Shown: positions 15,001 to 27,335 of the stretch, one piece after another
Layout: each line of letters opens with the position of its first letter
Numbering within the stretch: position 1 is the stretch's first letter
NCBI GenBank assembly: GCA_964016885.1
Contig: OZ024743.1
Span: 237,150,001 to 237,214,000, forward strand
DNA: 64,000 bases
Reading direction: 5' to 3'
Source of the DNA: Eledone cirrhosa
Lineage: Eukaryota
Notes under the pieces: model-generated
The model's database searches: none
What the model was told of the DNA's origin: nothing
The model's input: the letters and a program-made list of their open reading frames with translations, nothing else
Translations under genes and position numbers: made by a program

Positions 15001-18000
15001 AGAGGGCGGTGGGTGACACTGTTGGTCTAGTGTAGGAGAGGGTGGTGGGTGACACTGTTGGTTTAGTGTAGGAAAGGGTGGTGGGTGACACTGTTGGTCT
15101 AGTGTAGGAGAGGGTGGTGGGTGACACTGTTGGTCTAGTGTAGGAGAGGGTGGTGGGTGGCACTGTTGGTCTAGTGTAGGAGAGGGTGGTGGGTGACACT
15201 GTTGGTCTAGTGTAGGAGAGGGTGGTGGGTCACACTGTTGGTCTAGTGTAGGAGAGGGTGGTGGGTGACACTGTTGGTCTAGTGTAGGAGAGGGTGGTGG
15301 GTGACACTGTTGGTCTAGTGTAGGAGAGGGTGGTGGGTGACACTGTTGGTCTAGTGTAGGAGAGGGTGGTGGGTGACACTGTTGGTCTAGTGTAGGAGAT
15401 GGTGGTGGGTGACACTGTTGGTCTAGTGTAGGTGAGGGTGGTGGGTGACACTGTTGGTCTAGTGTAAGAGAGGGCGGTGGGTGACACTGTTGGTCTAGTG
15501 TAGGAGAGAGTGGTGGGTGACACTGTTGGTCTAGTGTAGGAGAGGGTGGTGGGTGACACTGTTGGTCTAGTGTAGAAGAGGGTGGTGGGTGACACTGTTG
15601 GTCTAGTGTAAGAGAGGGCGGTGGGTGACACTGTTGGTCTAGTGTAGGAGAGGGCGGTGGGGGACACTGTTGGTCTAGTGTAGGAGAGGGTGGTGGGTGA
15701 CACTGTTGGTCTAGTGTAGGAGAGGGTGGTGGGTGACACTGTTGGTGTAGTGTAGGAGAGGGTGGTGGGTGACACTGTTGGTCTACTGTAGGAGAGGGTG
15801 GTGGGTGACACTGTTGGTCTAGTGTAAGAGAGGGCGGTGGGTGACACTGTTGGTCTAGTGTATGAGAGGGTGGTGGGTGACACTGTTGGTCTAGTGTAGG
15901 AGAGGGCGGTGGGTGACACTGTTGGTCTAGTGTAAGAGAGGGCGGTGGGTGACACTGTTGGTCTAGTGTAGGAGAGGGTGGTGGGTGACACTGTTGGTCT
16001 AGTGTAGGAGAGGGTGGTGGGTGACACTGTTGGTCTAGTGTAGGAGAGGGTGGTGGGTGACACTGTTGGTCTAGTGTAAGAGAGGGCGGTGGGTGACACT
16101 GTTGGTCTAGTGTAGGAGAGGGCGGTGGGTGACACTGTTGGTCTAGTGTAGGAGAGGGTGGTGGGTGACACTGTTGGTCTAGTGTAGGAGAGGGCGGTGG
16201 GTGACACTGTTGGTCTAGTGTAAGAGAGGGCGGTGGGTGACACTGTTGGTCTAGTGTAGGAGAGGGTGGTGGGTGACACTGTTGGTCTAGTGTAGGAGAG
16301 GGTGGTGGGTGACACTGTTGGTCTAGTGTAGGAGAGGGCGGTGGGTGACACTGTTGGTCTAGTGTAGGAGAGGGCGGCGGGTGACACTGTTGGTCTAGTG
16401 TAAGAGAGGGCGGTGGGTGACACTGTTGGTCTAGTGTAAGAGAGGGCGGTGGGTGACACTGTTGGTCTAGTGTAGGAGAGGGCGGTGGGTGACACTGTTG
16501 GTCTAGTGTAGGGGAGGGCGGTGGGTGACACTGTTGGTCTAGTGTAAGAGAGGGCGGTGGGTGGCACTGTTGGTCTAGTGTAGGAGAGGGTGGTGGGTGA
16601 CACTGTTGGTCTAGTGTAGGAGAGGGTGGTGGGTGACACTGTTGGTCTAGTGTAAGAGAGGGTTGTGGGTGACACTGTTGGTCTAGTGTAGGAGATGGTG
16701 GTGGGTGACACTGTTGGTCTAGTGTAGGTGAGGGTGGTGGGTGACACTGTTGGTCTAGTGTAAGAGAGGGCGGTGGGTGGCACTGTTGGTCTAGTGTAGG
16801 AGAGGGTGGTGGGTGACACTGTTGGTCTAGTGTAGGAGAGGGTGGTGGGTGACACTGTTGGTCTAGTGTAGAAGAGGGTGGTGGGTGACACTGTTGGTCT
16901 AGTGTAAGAGAGGGCGGTGGGTGACACTCTTGGTCTAGTGTAGGTGAGGGTGGTGGGTGACACTGTTGGTTTAGTGTAGGAGAGGGTGGTGGGTGACACT
17001 GTTGGTCTAGTGTAAGAGAGGGTGGTGGGTGACACTGTTGGTCTAGTGTAGGAGAGGGCGGTGGGTGACACTGTTGGTCTAGTGTAGGAGAGGGTGGTGG
17101 GTGACACTGTTGGTCTAGTGTAAGAGAGGGCGGTGGGTGACACTGTTGGTCTAGTGTAGGAGAGGGTGGTGGGTGACACTGTTGGTCTAGTGTAGGAGAG
17201 GGTGGTGGGTGACACTGTTGGTCTAGTGTAAGAGAGGGCGGTGGGTGACACTGTTGGTCTAGTGTAAGAGAGGGCGGTGGGTGACACTGTTGGTCTAGTG
17301 TAAGAGAGGGTGGTGGGTGACACTGTTGGTCTAGTGTAGGAGAGGGTGGTGGGTGACACTCTTGGTCTAGTGTAGGTGACGGTGGTGGGTGACACTGTTG
17401 GTTTAGTGTAGGAGAGGGTGGTGGGTGACACTGTTGGTCTAGTGTAAGAGAGGGTGGTGGGTGACACTGTTGGTCTAGTGTAGGAGAGGACGGTGGGTGA
17501 CACTGTTGGTTTAGTGTAGGAGAGGGCGGTGGGTGACACTGTTGGTCTAGTGTAGGAGAGGGTGGTGTGTGACACTGTTGGTTTAGTGTAGGAGAGGGTG
17601 GTGGGTGACACTGTTGGTCTAGTGTAAGAGAGGGTGGTGGGTGACACTGTTGGTCTAGTGTAGGAGAGGGTGGTGGGTGACACTGTTGGTCTAGTGTAAG
17701 AGAGGGTGGTGGGTGACACTGTTGGTCTAGTGTAGGAGAGGGTGGTGGGTGACACTGTTGGTTTAGTGTAGGAGAGGGTGGTGGGTGACACTGTTGGTCT
17801 AGTGTAAGAGAGGGTGGTGGGTGACACTGTTGGTCTAGTGTAGGAGAGGGTGGTGGGTGACACTGTTGGTCTAGTGTAAGAGAGGGTGGTGGATGACACT
17901 GTTGGTCTAGTGTAGGAGAGCGTGGTGGGTGACACTGTTGGTCTAGTGTAGGAGAGGGTGGTGGGTGACACTGTTGGTCTAGTGTAGGAGAGGGCGGTGG

Positions 18001-21000
18001 GTGACACTGTTGGTCTAGTGTAGGAGAGGGCGGTGGGTGACACTGTTGGTCTAGTGTAAGAGAGGGCGGTGGGTGACACTGTTGGTCCAGTGTAGGAGAG
18101 GGCGGTGGGTGACACTGTTGGTCTAGTGTAAGAGAGGGCGGTGGGTGACACTGTTGGTCTAGTGTAGGAGAGGGCGGTGGGTGACACTGTTGGTCTAGTG
18201 TAAGAGAGGGCGGTGGGTGACACTGTTGGTCTAGTGTAAGAGAGGACGGTGGGTGACACTGTTGGTCTAGTGTAAGAGAGGGCGGTGGGTGACACTGTTG
18301 GTCTAGTGTAGGAGAGGGCGGTGGGTGACACTGTTGGTCTAGTGTAAGAGAGGGCGGTGGGTGACACTGTTGGTCTAGTGTAAGAGAGGGTGGTGGGTGA
18401 CACTGTTGGTCTAGTGTAGGAGAGGGCGGTGGGTGACACTGTTGGTCTAGTGTAGGAGAGGGTGGTGGGTGACACTGTTGGTCTAGTGTAGGTGAGGGTG
18501 GTGGGTGACACTGTTGGTTTAGTGTAGGAGAGGGTGGTGGGTGACACTGTTGGTCTAGTGTAAGAGAGGGTGGTGGGTGACACTGTTGGTCTAGTGTAGG
18601 AGAGGGCGATGGGTGACACTGTTGGTCTAGTGTAAGAGAGGGCGGTGGGTGACACTGTTGGTCTAGTGTAAGAGAGGGCGGTGGGTGACACTGTTGGTCT
18701 AGTGTAAGAGAGGGTGGTGGGTGACACTGTTGGTCTAGTGTAGGAGAGGGCGGTGGGTGACACTGTTGGTCTAGTGTAGGTGAGGGTGGTGGGTGACACT
18801 GTTGGTTTAGTGTAGGAGAGGGCGGTGGGTGACACTGTTGGTCTAGTGTAGGAGAGGGTGGTGGGTGACACTGTTGGTTTAGTGTAGGAGAGGGTGGTGG
18901 GTGACACTGTTGGTCTAGTGTAAGAGAGGGTGGTGGGTGACACTGTTGGTCTAGTGTAGGAGAGGGTGGTGGGTGACACTGTTGGTCTAGTGTAAGAGAG
19001 GGTGGTGGGTGACACTGTTGGTCTAGTGTAGGAGAGGGCGATGGGTGACACTGTTGGTCTAGTGTAGGAGAGGGTGGTGGGTGACACTGTTGGTTTAGTG
19101 TAGGAGAGGGTGGTGGGTGACACTGTTGGTCTAGTGTAAGAGAGGGTGGTGGGTGACACTGTTGGTCTAGTGTAGGAGAGGGTGGTGGGTGACACTGTTG
19201 GTCTAGTGTAGGAGAGGGTGGTGGGTGACACTGTTGGTCTAGTGTAAGAGAGGGCGGTGGGTGACACTGTTGGTCTAGTGTAAGAGAGGGCGGTGGGTGA
19301 CACTGTTGGTCTAGTGTAGGAGAGGGCGGTGGGTGACACTGTTGGTCTAGTGTAAGAGAGGGCGGTGGGTGACACTGTTGGTCTAGTGTAGGAGAGGGCG
19401 GTGGGTGACACTGTTGGTCTAGTGTAAGAGAGGGCGGTGGGTGACACTGTTGGTCTAGTGTAAGAGAGGGCGGTGGGTGACACTGTTGGTCCAGTGTAGG
19501 AGAGGGCGGTGGGTGACACTGTTGGTCTAGTGTAAGAGAGGGCGGTGGGTGATACTGTTGGTCTAGTGTAGGAGAGGGCGGTGGGTGACACTGTTGGTCT
19601 AGTGTAAGAGAGGGCGGTGGGTGACACTGTTGGTCTAGTGTAAGAGAGGGCGGTGGGTGACACTGTTGGTCTAGTGTAGGAGAGGGCGGTGGGTGACACT
19701 GTTGGTCTAGTGTAAGAGAGGGCGGTGGGTGACACTGTTGGTCTAGTGTAAGAGAGGGCGGTGGGTGACACTGTTGGTCTAGTGTAAGAGAGGGCGGTGG
19801 GTGACACGGTTGGTCTAGTGTAGGAGAGGGCGGTGGGTGACACTGTTGGTCTAGTGTAAGAGAGGGCGGTGGGTGACACTGTTGGTCTAGTGTAAGAGAG
19901 GGTGGTGGGTGACACTGTTGGTCTAGTGTAGGAGAGGGCGGTGGGTGACACTGTTGGTCTAGTGTAGGAGAGGGTGGTGGGTGACACTGTTGGTCTAGTG
20001 TAGGTGAGGGTGGTGGGTGACACTGTTGGTTTAGTGTAGGAGAGGGTGGTGGGTGACTCTGTTGGTCTAGTGTAAGAGAGGGTGGTGGGTGACACTGTTG
20101 GTCTAGTGTAGGAGAGGGCGGTGGGTGACACTGTTGGTCTAGTGTAAGAGAGGGCGGTGGGTGACACTGTTGGTCTAGTGTAAGAGAGGGCGGTGGGTGA
20201 CACTGTTGGTCTAGTGTAAGAGAGGGTGGTGGGTGACACTGTTGGTCTAGTGTAGGAGAGAGCGGTGGGTGACACTGTTGGTCTAGTGTAGGTGAGGGTG
20301 GTGGGTGACACTGTTGGTTTAGTGTGGGAGAGGGCGGTGGGTGACACTGTTGGTCTAGTGTAGGAGAGGGTGGTGGGTGACACTGTTGGTTTAGTGTAGG
20401 AGAGGGTGGTGGGTGACACTGTTGGTCTAGTGTAAGAGAGGGTGGTGGGTGACACTGTTGGTCTAGTGTAGGAGAGGGTGGTGGGTGACACTGTTGGTCT
20501 AGTGTAAGAGAGGGTGGTGGGTGACACTGTTGGTCTAGTGTAGGAGAGGGCGATGGGTGACACTGTTGATCTAGTGTAGGAGAGGGTGGTGGGTGACACT
20601 GTTGGTTTAGTGTAGAAGAGGGTGGTGGGTGACACTGTTGGTCTAGTGTAGGAGAGGGCGGTGGGTGACACTGTTGGTCTAGTGTAAGAGAGGGTGGTGG
20701 GTGACACTGTTGGTCTAGTGTAGAAGAGGGTGGTGGGTTACACTGTTGGTTTAGTGTAGGAGAGGGTGGTGGGTGACACTGTTGGTCTAGTGTAGGAGAG
20801 GGTGGTGAGTGACACTGTTGGTCTAGTGTAGTAGAGGGCGGTGGGTGACACTGTTGGTCTAGTGTAAGAGAGGGTGGTGGGTGACACCGTTGGTCTAGTG
20901 TAAGAGAGGGTGGTGGGTGACACTGTTGGTCTAGTGTAGGAGAGGGTGGTGGCTGACACTGTTGGTCTAGTGTAGGAGAGGGCGGTGGGTGACACTGTTG

Positions 21001-24000
21001 GTCTAGTGTAAGAGAGGGTGGTGGATGACACTGTTGGTCTAGTGTAGGAGAGGGTGGTGGGTGACACTGTTGGTCTAGTGTAGGAGAGGGTGGTGGGTGA
21101 CACTGTTGGTCTAGTGTAGGAGAGGGCGGTGGGTGACACTGTTGGTCTAGTGTAGGAGAGGGCGGTGGGTGACACTGTTGGTCTAGTGTAAGAGAGGGCG
21201 GTGGGTGACACTGTTGGTCTAGTGTAAGAGAGGGCGGTGGGTGACACTGTTGGTCTAGTGTAAGAGAGGGTGGTGGGTGACACTGTTGGTCTAGTGTAGG
21301 AGAGGGCGGTGGGTGACACTGTTGGTCTAGTGTAGGAGAGGGTGGTGGGTGACACTGTTGGTCTAGTGTAGGAGAGGGTGGTGGGTGACACTGTTGGTCT
21401 AGTGTAGGAGAGTGTGGTGGGTGACACTGTTGGTCTAGTGTAAGAGAGGGTGGTGGGTGACACTGTTGGTCTAGTGTAGGAGAGAGCGGTGGGTGACACT
21501 GTTGGTCTAGTGTAGGTGAGGGTGGTGGGTGACACTGTTGGTTTAGTGTGGGAGAGGGCGGTGGGTGACACTGTTGGTCTAGTGTAGGAGAGGGTGGTGG
21601 GTGACACTGTTGGTTTAGTGTAGGAGAGGGTGGTGGGTGACACTGTTGGTCTAGTGTAAGAGAGGGTGGTGGGTGACACTGTTGGTCTAGTGTAGGAGAG
21701 GGTGGTGGTTGACACTGTTGGTCTAGTGTAAGAGAGGGTGGTGGGTGACACTGTTGGTCTAGTGTAGGAGAGGGCGATGGGTGACACTGTTGATCTAGTG
21801 TAGGAGAGGGTGGTGGGTGACACTGTTGGTTTAGTGTAGAAGAGGGTGGTGGGTGACACTGTTGGTCTAGTGTAAGAGAGGGTGGTGGGTGACACTGTTG
21901 GTCTAGTGTAGGAGAGGGTGGTGGGTGACACTGTTGGTCTAGTGTAGGAGAGGGCGGTGGGTGACACTGTTGGTCTAGTGTAAGAGAGGGTGGTGGATGA
22001 CACTGTTGGTCTAGTGTAGGAGAGGGTGGTGGGTGACACTGTTGGTCTAGTGTAGGAGAGGGTGGTGGGTGACACTGTTGGTCTAGTGTAGGAGAGGGCG
22101 GTGGGTGACACTGTTGGTCTAGTGTAGGAGAGGGCGGTGGGTGACACTGTTGGTCTAGTGTAAGAGAGGGCGGTGGGTGACACTGTTGGTCTAGTGTAAG
22201 AGAGGGCGGTGGGTGACACTGTTGGTCTAGTGTAAGAGAGGGTGGTGGGTGACACTGTTGGTCTAGTGTAGGAGAGGGCGGTGGGTGACACTGTTGGTCT
22301 AGTGTAGGAGAGGGTGATGGGTGACACTGTTGGTCTAGTGTAGGAGAGGGTGGTGGGTGACACTGTTGGTCTAGTGTAGGAGAGTGTGGTGGGTGACACT
22401 GTTGGTCTAGTGTAAGAGAGGGTGGTGGGTGACACTGTTGGTCTAGTCTAGGTGAGGGTGGTGGGTGACACTGTTGGTTTAGTGTAGGAGAGGGTGGTGG
22501 GTGACACTGTTGGTCTAGTGTAAGAGAGGGTGGTGGGTGACACTGTTGGTCTAGTGTAGGAGAGGGTGGTGGGTGACACTGTTGGTCTAGTGTAGGAGAG
22601 TGTGGTGGGTGACACTGTTGGTCTAGTGTAGGAGAGGGTGGTGGGTGACACTGTTGGTCTAGTGTAGGAGAGGGTGGTGGATGACACTGTTGGTCAAGTG
22701 TAGGAGAGGGTGGTGAGTGACACTGTTGGTCTAGTGTAGGAGAGGGTGGTGGGTGACACTGTTGGTCTAGTGTAGGAGAGGGCCGTGGGTGACACTGTTG
22801 GTCTAGTGTAGGAGAGGGTGGTGGGTTACACTGTTGGTCTAGTGCAGGAGAGGGTGGTGGGTGACACTGTTGGTCTAGTGTAGGAGAGGGTGGCGGGTGA
22901 CACTGTTGGTCTAGTGTAGGAGAGGGTGGTGGGTGACACTGTTGGTCTAGTGTAGGAGAGGGCCGTGGATGACACTGTTGGTCTAGTGTAGGAGAGGGTG
23001 GTGGGTGACACTGTTGGTCTAGTGTAGGAGAGGGTGGTGGGTGACACTGTTGGTCTAGTGTAAGAGAGGGTGGTGGGTGACACTGTTGGTCTAGTGTAGG
23101 AGAGGGTGGTGGGTGACACTGTTGGTCTAGTGTAGGAGAGGGTGGTGGGTGACACTGTTGGTCTAGTGTAGGAGAGGGTGGTGGGTGACACTGTTGGTCT
23201 AGTGTAGGAGAGGGTGGTGGGTGACACTCTTGGTCTAGTGTAGGAGAGGGTGGTGGGTGACACTGTTGGTCTAGTGTAGGAGAGGGTGGTGGGTGACACT
23301 GTTGGTCTAGTGTAGGAGAGGTTGGTGGGTGACACTGTTGGTCTAGTGTAGGAGAGGGTGGTGGGTGACACTGTTGGTCTAGTGTAGGAGAGGGTGGTGA
23401 GTGACACTGTTGGTCTGGTGTAGGAGAGGGCCGTGGATGACACTGTTGGTCTAGTGTAGGAGAGGGTGGTGGGTCACACTGTTGGTTTAGTGTAGGAGAG
23501 GGCCGTGGATGACACTGTTGGTTTACTGTAGGAGAGGGTGGTGGGTGACACTGTTGGTCTAGTGTAGGAGAGGGTGGTGGGTGACACTGTTGGTCTAGTG
23601 TAGGAGAGGGTGGTGGGTGACACTGTTGGTCTAGTGTAGGAGAGGGCGGTGGGTGACACTGTTGGTCTAGTGTAGGAGAGGGTGGTGAGTGACACTGTTG
23701 GTCTAGTGTAGGAGAGGGTGGTGGGTGACACTGTTGGTTTAGTGTAGGAGAGGGTGGTGGGTGACACTGTTGGTCTAGTGTAGGAGAGTGTGGTGGGTGA
23801 CACTGTTGGTTTAGTGTAGGAGAGGGTGGTGAGTGACACTGTTGGTCTAGTGTAGGAGAGTGTGGTGGGTGACACTGTTGGTCTAGTGTAAGAGAGGTTG
23901 GTGGGTGACACTGTTGGTCTAGTGTAGGAGAGGGTGGTGAGTGACACTGTTGGTCTTGTGTAGGAGAGGGCGGTGGGTGACACTGTTGGTCTAGTGTAGG

Positions 24001-25175
24001 AGAGTGTGGTGGGTGACACTGTTGGTTTAGTGTAGGAGAGGGTGGTGAGTGACACTGTTGGTCTAGTGTAGGAGAGTGTGGTGGGTGACACTGTTGGTCT
24101 AGTGTAAGAGAGGGTGGTGGGTGACACTGTTGGTCTAGTGTAGGAGAGGGTGGTGAGTGACACTGTTGGTCTTGTGTAGGAGAGGGCAGTGGGTGACACT
24201 GTTGGTCTAGTGTAGGAGAGTGTGGTGGGTGACACTGTTGGTTTAGTGTAGGAGAGGGTGGTGAGTGACACTGTTGGTCTAGTGTAGGAGAGGGTGGTGG
24301 GTGACACTGTTGGTCTAGTGTAGGAGAGGGTGGTGAGTGACACTGTTGGTCTAGTGTAGGAGAGGGCGGTGGGTGACACTGTTGGTCTAGTGTAGGAGAG
24401 GGTGGTGAGTGACACTGTTGGTCTAGTGTAGGAGAGGGCGGTGGGTGACACTGTTGGTCTAGTGTAAGAGAGGGCCGTGGATGACACTGTTGGTCTAGTG
24501 TAGGAGAGGGTGGTGAGTGACACTGTTGGTCTAGTGTAGGAGAGGGCGGTGGGTGACACTGTTGGTCTAGTGTAAGAGAGGGTGGTGGGTGACACTGTTG
24601 GTCTAGTGTAGGAGAGGGTGGTGGGTGACACTGTTGGTCTAGTGTAGGAGAGGGTGGTGAGTGACACTGTTGGTCTAGTGTAGGAGAGGGTGGTGGGTGA
24701 CACTGTTGGTCTAGTGTAGGAGAGGGCCGTGGATGACACTGTTGGTCTAGTGTAGGAGAGGGTGGTGGGTGACACTGTTGGTCTAGTGTAGGAGAGGGTG
24801 GTGGGTGACACTGTTGGTCTAGTGTAGGAGAGGGTGGTGGGTGACACTGTTGGTCTAGTGTAGGAGAGGGTGGTGGGTGACACTGTTGGTCTAGTGTAGG
24901 TGAGGGTGGTGGGTGACACTGTTGGTTTAGTGTAGGAGAGGGCGGTGGGTGACACTGTTGGTCTAGTGTAGGAGAGGGTGGTGGGTGACACTGTTGGTCT
25001 AGTGTAGGAGAGGGCCGTGGATGACACTGTTGGTCTAGTGTAGGAGAGGGTGGTGGGTGACACTGTTGGTCTAGTGTAGGAGAGGGTGGTGGGTGACACT
25101 GTTGGTCTAGTGTAGGAGAGGGTGGTGAGTGACACTGTTGGTCTAGTGTAGGAGAGGGCCGTGGATGACACTGTT
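1..25175. repeat. 36-bp G-rich minisatellite array, about 700 units, consensus CTAGTGTAGGAGAGGGTGGTGGGTGACACTGTTGGT; open at the left window edge
   Basis: Continuous 36-nt periodicity (the 12-aa repeat SPTTLSYTRPTV in the minus-strand translation); mostly single-base variants and a few small indels; sharp right boundary at ...GACACTGTT|CGGCT. Confidence 0.99.
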
Positions 25176-25230
25176 CGGCTCACCATCACATTGCCGTGTC
25201 ATTCCTTACTGGATGGGGACATCTCGCCAT

Positions 25231-25479
25231 GTGTGTTTCTTTGTAAGAATGAATGTGTGTATGTATGTGTGTATGTATGTGTGTATGTGTGTATGTATAT
25301 ATGTATGAATGAATGTGTGTATGTATGTGTGTGTGTATGTATGTGTGTATGTGTGTATGTATATATGTATGAATGAATGTGTGTATGTATGTGTGTATGT
25401 ATGTGTGTATGTGTGTATGTATATATGTATGAATGAATGTGTATATGTGTGTGTGTATGTATGTATGTATGTATGTATG

Positions 25480-25510
<31 letters not shown>

Positions 25511-25592
25511 GTCTGTCTGTATGTATGTATGTATGTATGCATGTATGTATGTATGTATGTATGTATGTGTTTATGTATGTATGTATGTGTGT
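25231..25592. repeat. Compound (TATG)n/(TG)n microsatellite
   Basis: Directly visible. Confidence 0.95.
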
Positions 25593-25599
25593 GATTAGT

Positions 25600-26225
25600 A
25601 GATCTGGCTGGAGTCGGGTCTATAGTAACTATATAGATCCTGAGCCAGCCATCTGTGAAGAATAGATCTGGCTGGAGTCGGGTCTCTTGCTTTAACATAG
25701 ATCCTGAGCCAGCCATCTGTGATGAATAGATCTGGCTGGAGTCTGGTCTATAGTAACTACATAGATACTGACCCAGCCATCGGTGATGAGTAGATCTAGC
25801 AGGAGTCGGGTCTTTTAGTAACTATATAGTTCCTGAGCCACTCATCTGTGATGACCAGATCTGGCTGGAATCTGGCCTATAGTAACTATATAGATCCTGA
25901 GCCAGCCATCTGTGATGACCAGATCTAGCTGGAGTCTGGTCTATAGTAACTATATAGATCCTGAGCCAGCCATCTGTGATGACCAGATCTAGCTGGAGTC
26001 TGGTCTATAGTAACTATATAGATCCTGAGCCAGCCATCTGTGATGACCAGATCTAGCTGGAGTCTGGTCTATAGTAACTATATAGTTCCCGAGCCAGCCA
26101 TCTGTGATGACCAGATCTAGCTGGAGTCTGGTCTATAGTAACTATATAGATCCTGAGCCAGCCATATGTGATGACCAGATCTGGCTGGTGTCTGGTCTAT
26201 AGTAACTATATAGATCCTGAGCCAT
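25600..26225. repeat. 64-bp tandem repeat, about 10 copies (AGATCT[AG]GCTGGAGTCTGGTCTATAGTAACTATATAGATCCTGAGCCAGCCATCTGTGATGACC)
   Basis: Unit starts at 25600, 25664, 25728, 25792, 25857, 25921, 25985, 26049, 26113, 26177. Confidence 0.95.
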
Positions 26226-26397
26226 CTATCCGTGAAACAGTCGTAATCAATAAAGACCTTACTATGAAACTAGGTTTTTTTTAATCTCCCTCTCTCTCTT
26301 TCTCTCTTTGTGTATATATGGTTCTTATATATTTGATATATATTTATCCTTATCGAGCCCTCTTTGGATTTTAGTCTTCACATTTATTATTATTACT

Positions 26398-26462
<65 letters not shown>

Positions 26463-26548
26463 GAAAGTTATATTTAAATTGTTGGGTTAACAACGAGTAA
26501 ATATTTATAACTGATATAAAAGCACTCAACAAGTATTTGGAGTATATT

Positions 26549-26792
26549 TATGATATTAAATAAATGGAAACTATATTTATAAAACCATATTTATTTCATT
26601 ATATATATATCACTGCCAAATCAACTTCCCAAATGCAAGTCGATTGAAAGGTATGTCGTATCTATTTATTTATAAGACTGTTTATATTGTATTTTGTCTG
26701 AAGAAGGCATAACATATTGTTAATATGATATCCCTGAAATATATATAATGAAATAAATATGGTTTTATAAATATAGTTTCCATTTATTTAAT

Positions 26793-26798
<6 letters not shown>
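26549..26798. repeat. 58-bp perfect inverted repeat (26549-26606 / 26741-26798) enclosing a hammerhead-like core; probable Penelope-type remnant
   Basis: Arms are exact reverse complements; the spacer contains CTGAAGA-AGG...CCT-GAAA (26698-26739). Confidence 0.75.
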
Positions 26799-26827
<29 letters not shown>

Positions 26828-27046
26828 ATACTTGGGGAGGGTCATATTTGTGTAATATTGCCAGAATTAATAACAGAACACACTCACTGTTTGGTTGGTT
26901 TTCGCTTCTCGCTTCTGTGTCTTTTATATCTGTAATCTAGCTTACTCGGTCCTCAATGTTGCCATTGACTGACCGACGGTCAAAAATAATACAGATACAA
27001 TATAGACACCAACACATATATATAGTTTACATAATTTATATAAATC

Positions 27047-27074
27047 TTTCGTTGCACATCTGCAACATCGTCAG
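27047..27074 (-). ncRNA. Hammerhead ribozyme core in the 3' repeat of Penelope element 1 (stem I unclear)
   Basis: Minus strand CTGACGA-T-GTTGCA-gatg-TGCAAC-GAAA; same relative position as the hammerhead in element 2. Confidence 0.6.
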
Positions 27075-27335
27075 TGGTGTTATATTTTCCTCCTGTTGTG
27101 TTGTATGTCTACGCCATTTTTTATTCAGTCTGTCTATATATTTATTTATTTATTTGCTTGTTTGTTTATTTTATTTTGTCTTCTTTGCGCATGCGTTTGC
27201 GTGTGTGTATAGTGTTATGTTTGCTGTGTGACTAGTGTGTATAGTGTTATGTTTGCTGGGTGACTAGTGTGTGTTTATGTGCTTGTTGTTATTGTGCTTG
27301 TGTATGTATTTATTTACCTTATTTTATTTACTTAT

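Noticed and set aside
1-25175. CRISPR array (36-bp repeat with internal dyad)
   Set aside because: Units are contiguous with no unique spacers, there are no cas genes, and the context is eukaryotic
1-25175. Telomeric repeat
   Set aside because: No TTAGGG/TTAGG-type short unit; only G-rich
3300-25189. Giant mucin-like S/T/P-rich protein (SPTTLSYTRPTV)n on the minus strand
   Set aside because: A 36-bp unit with one stop-free frame gives long ORFs automatically; the frame is broken by many stops and frameshifting indels, and no signal peptide or unique domain is present
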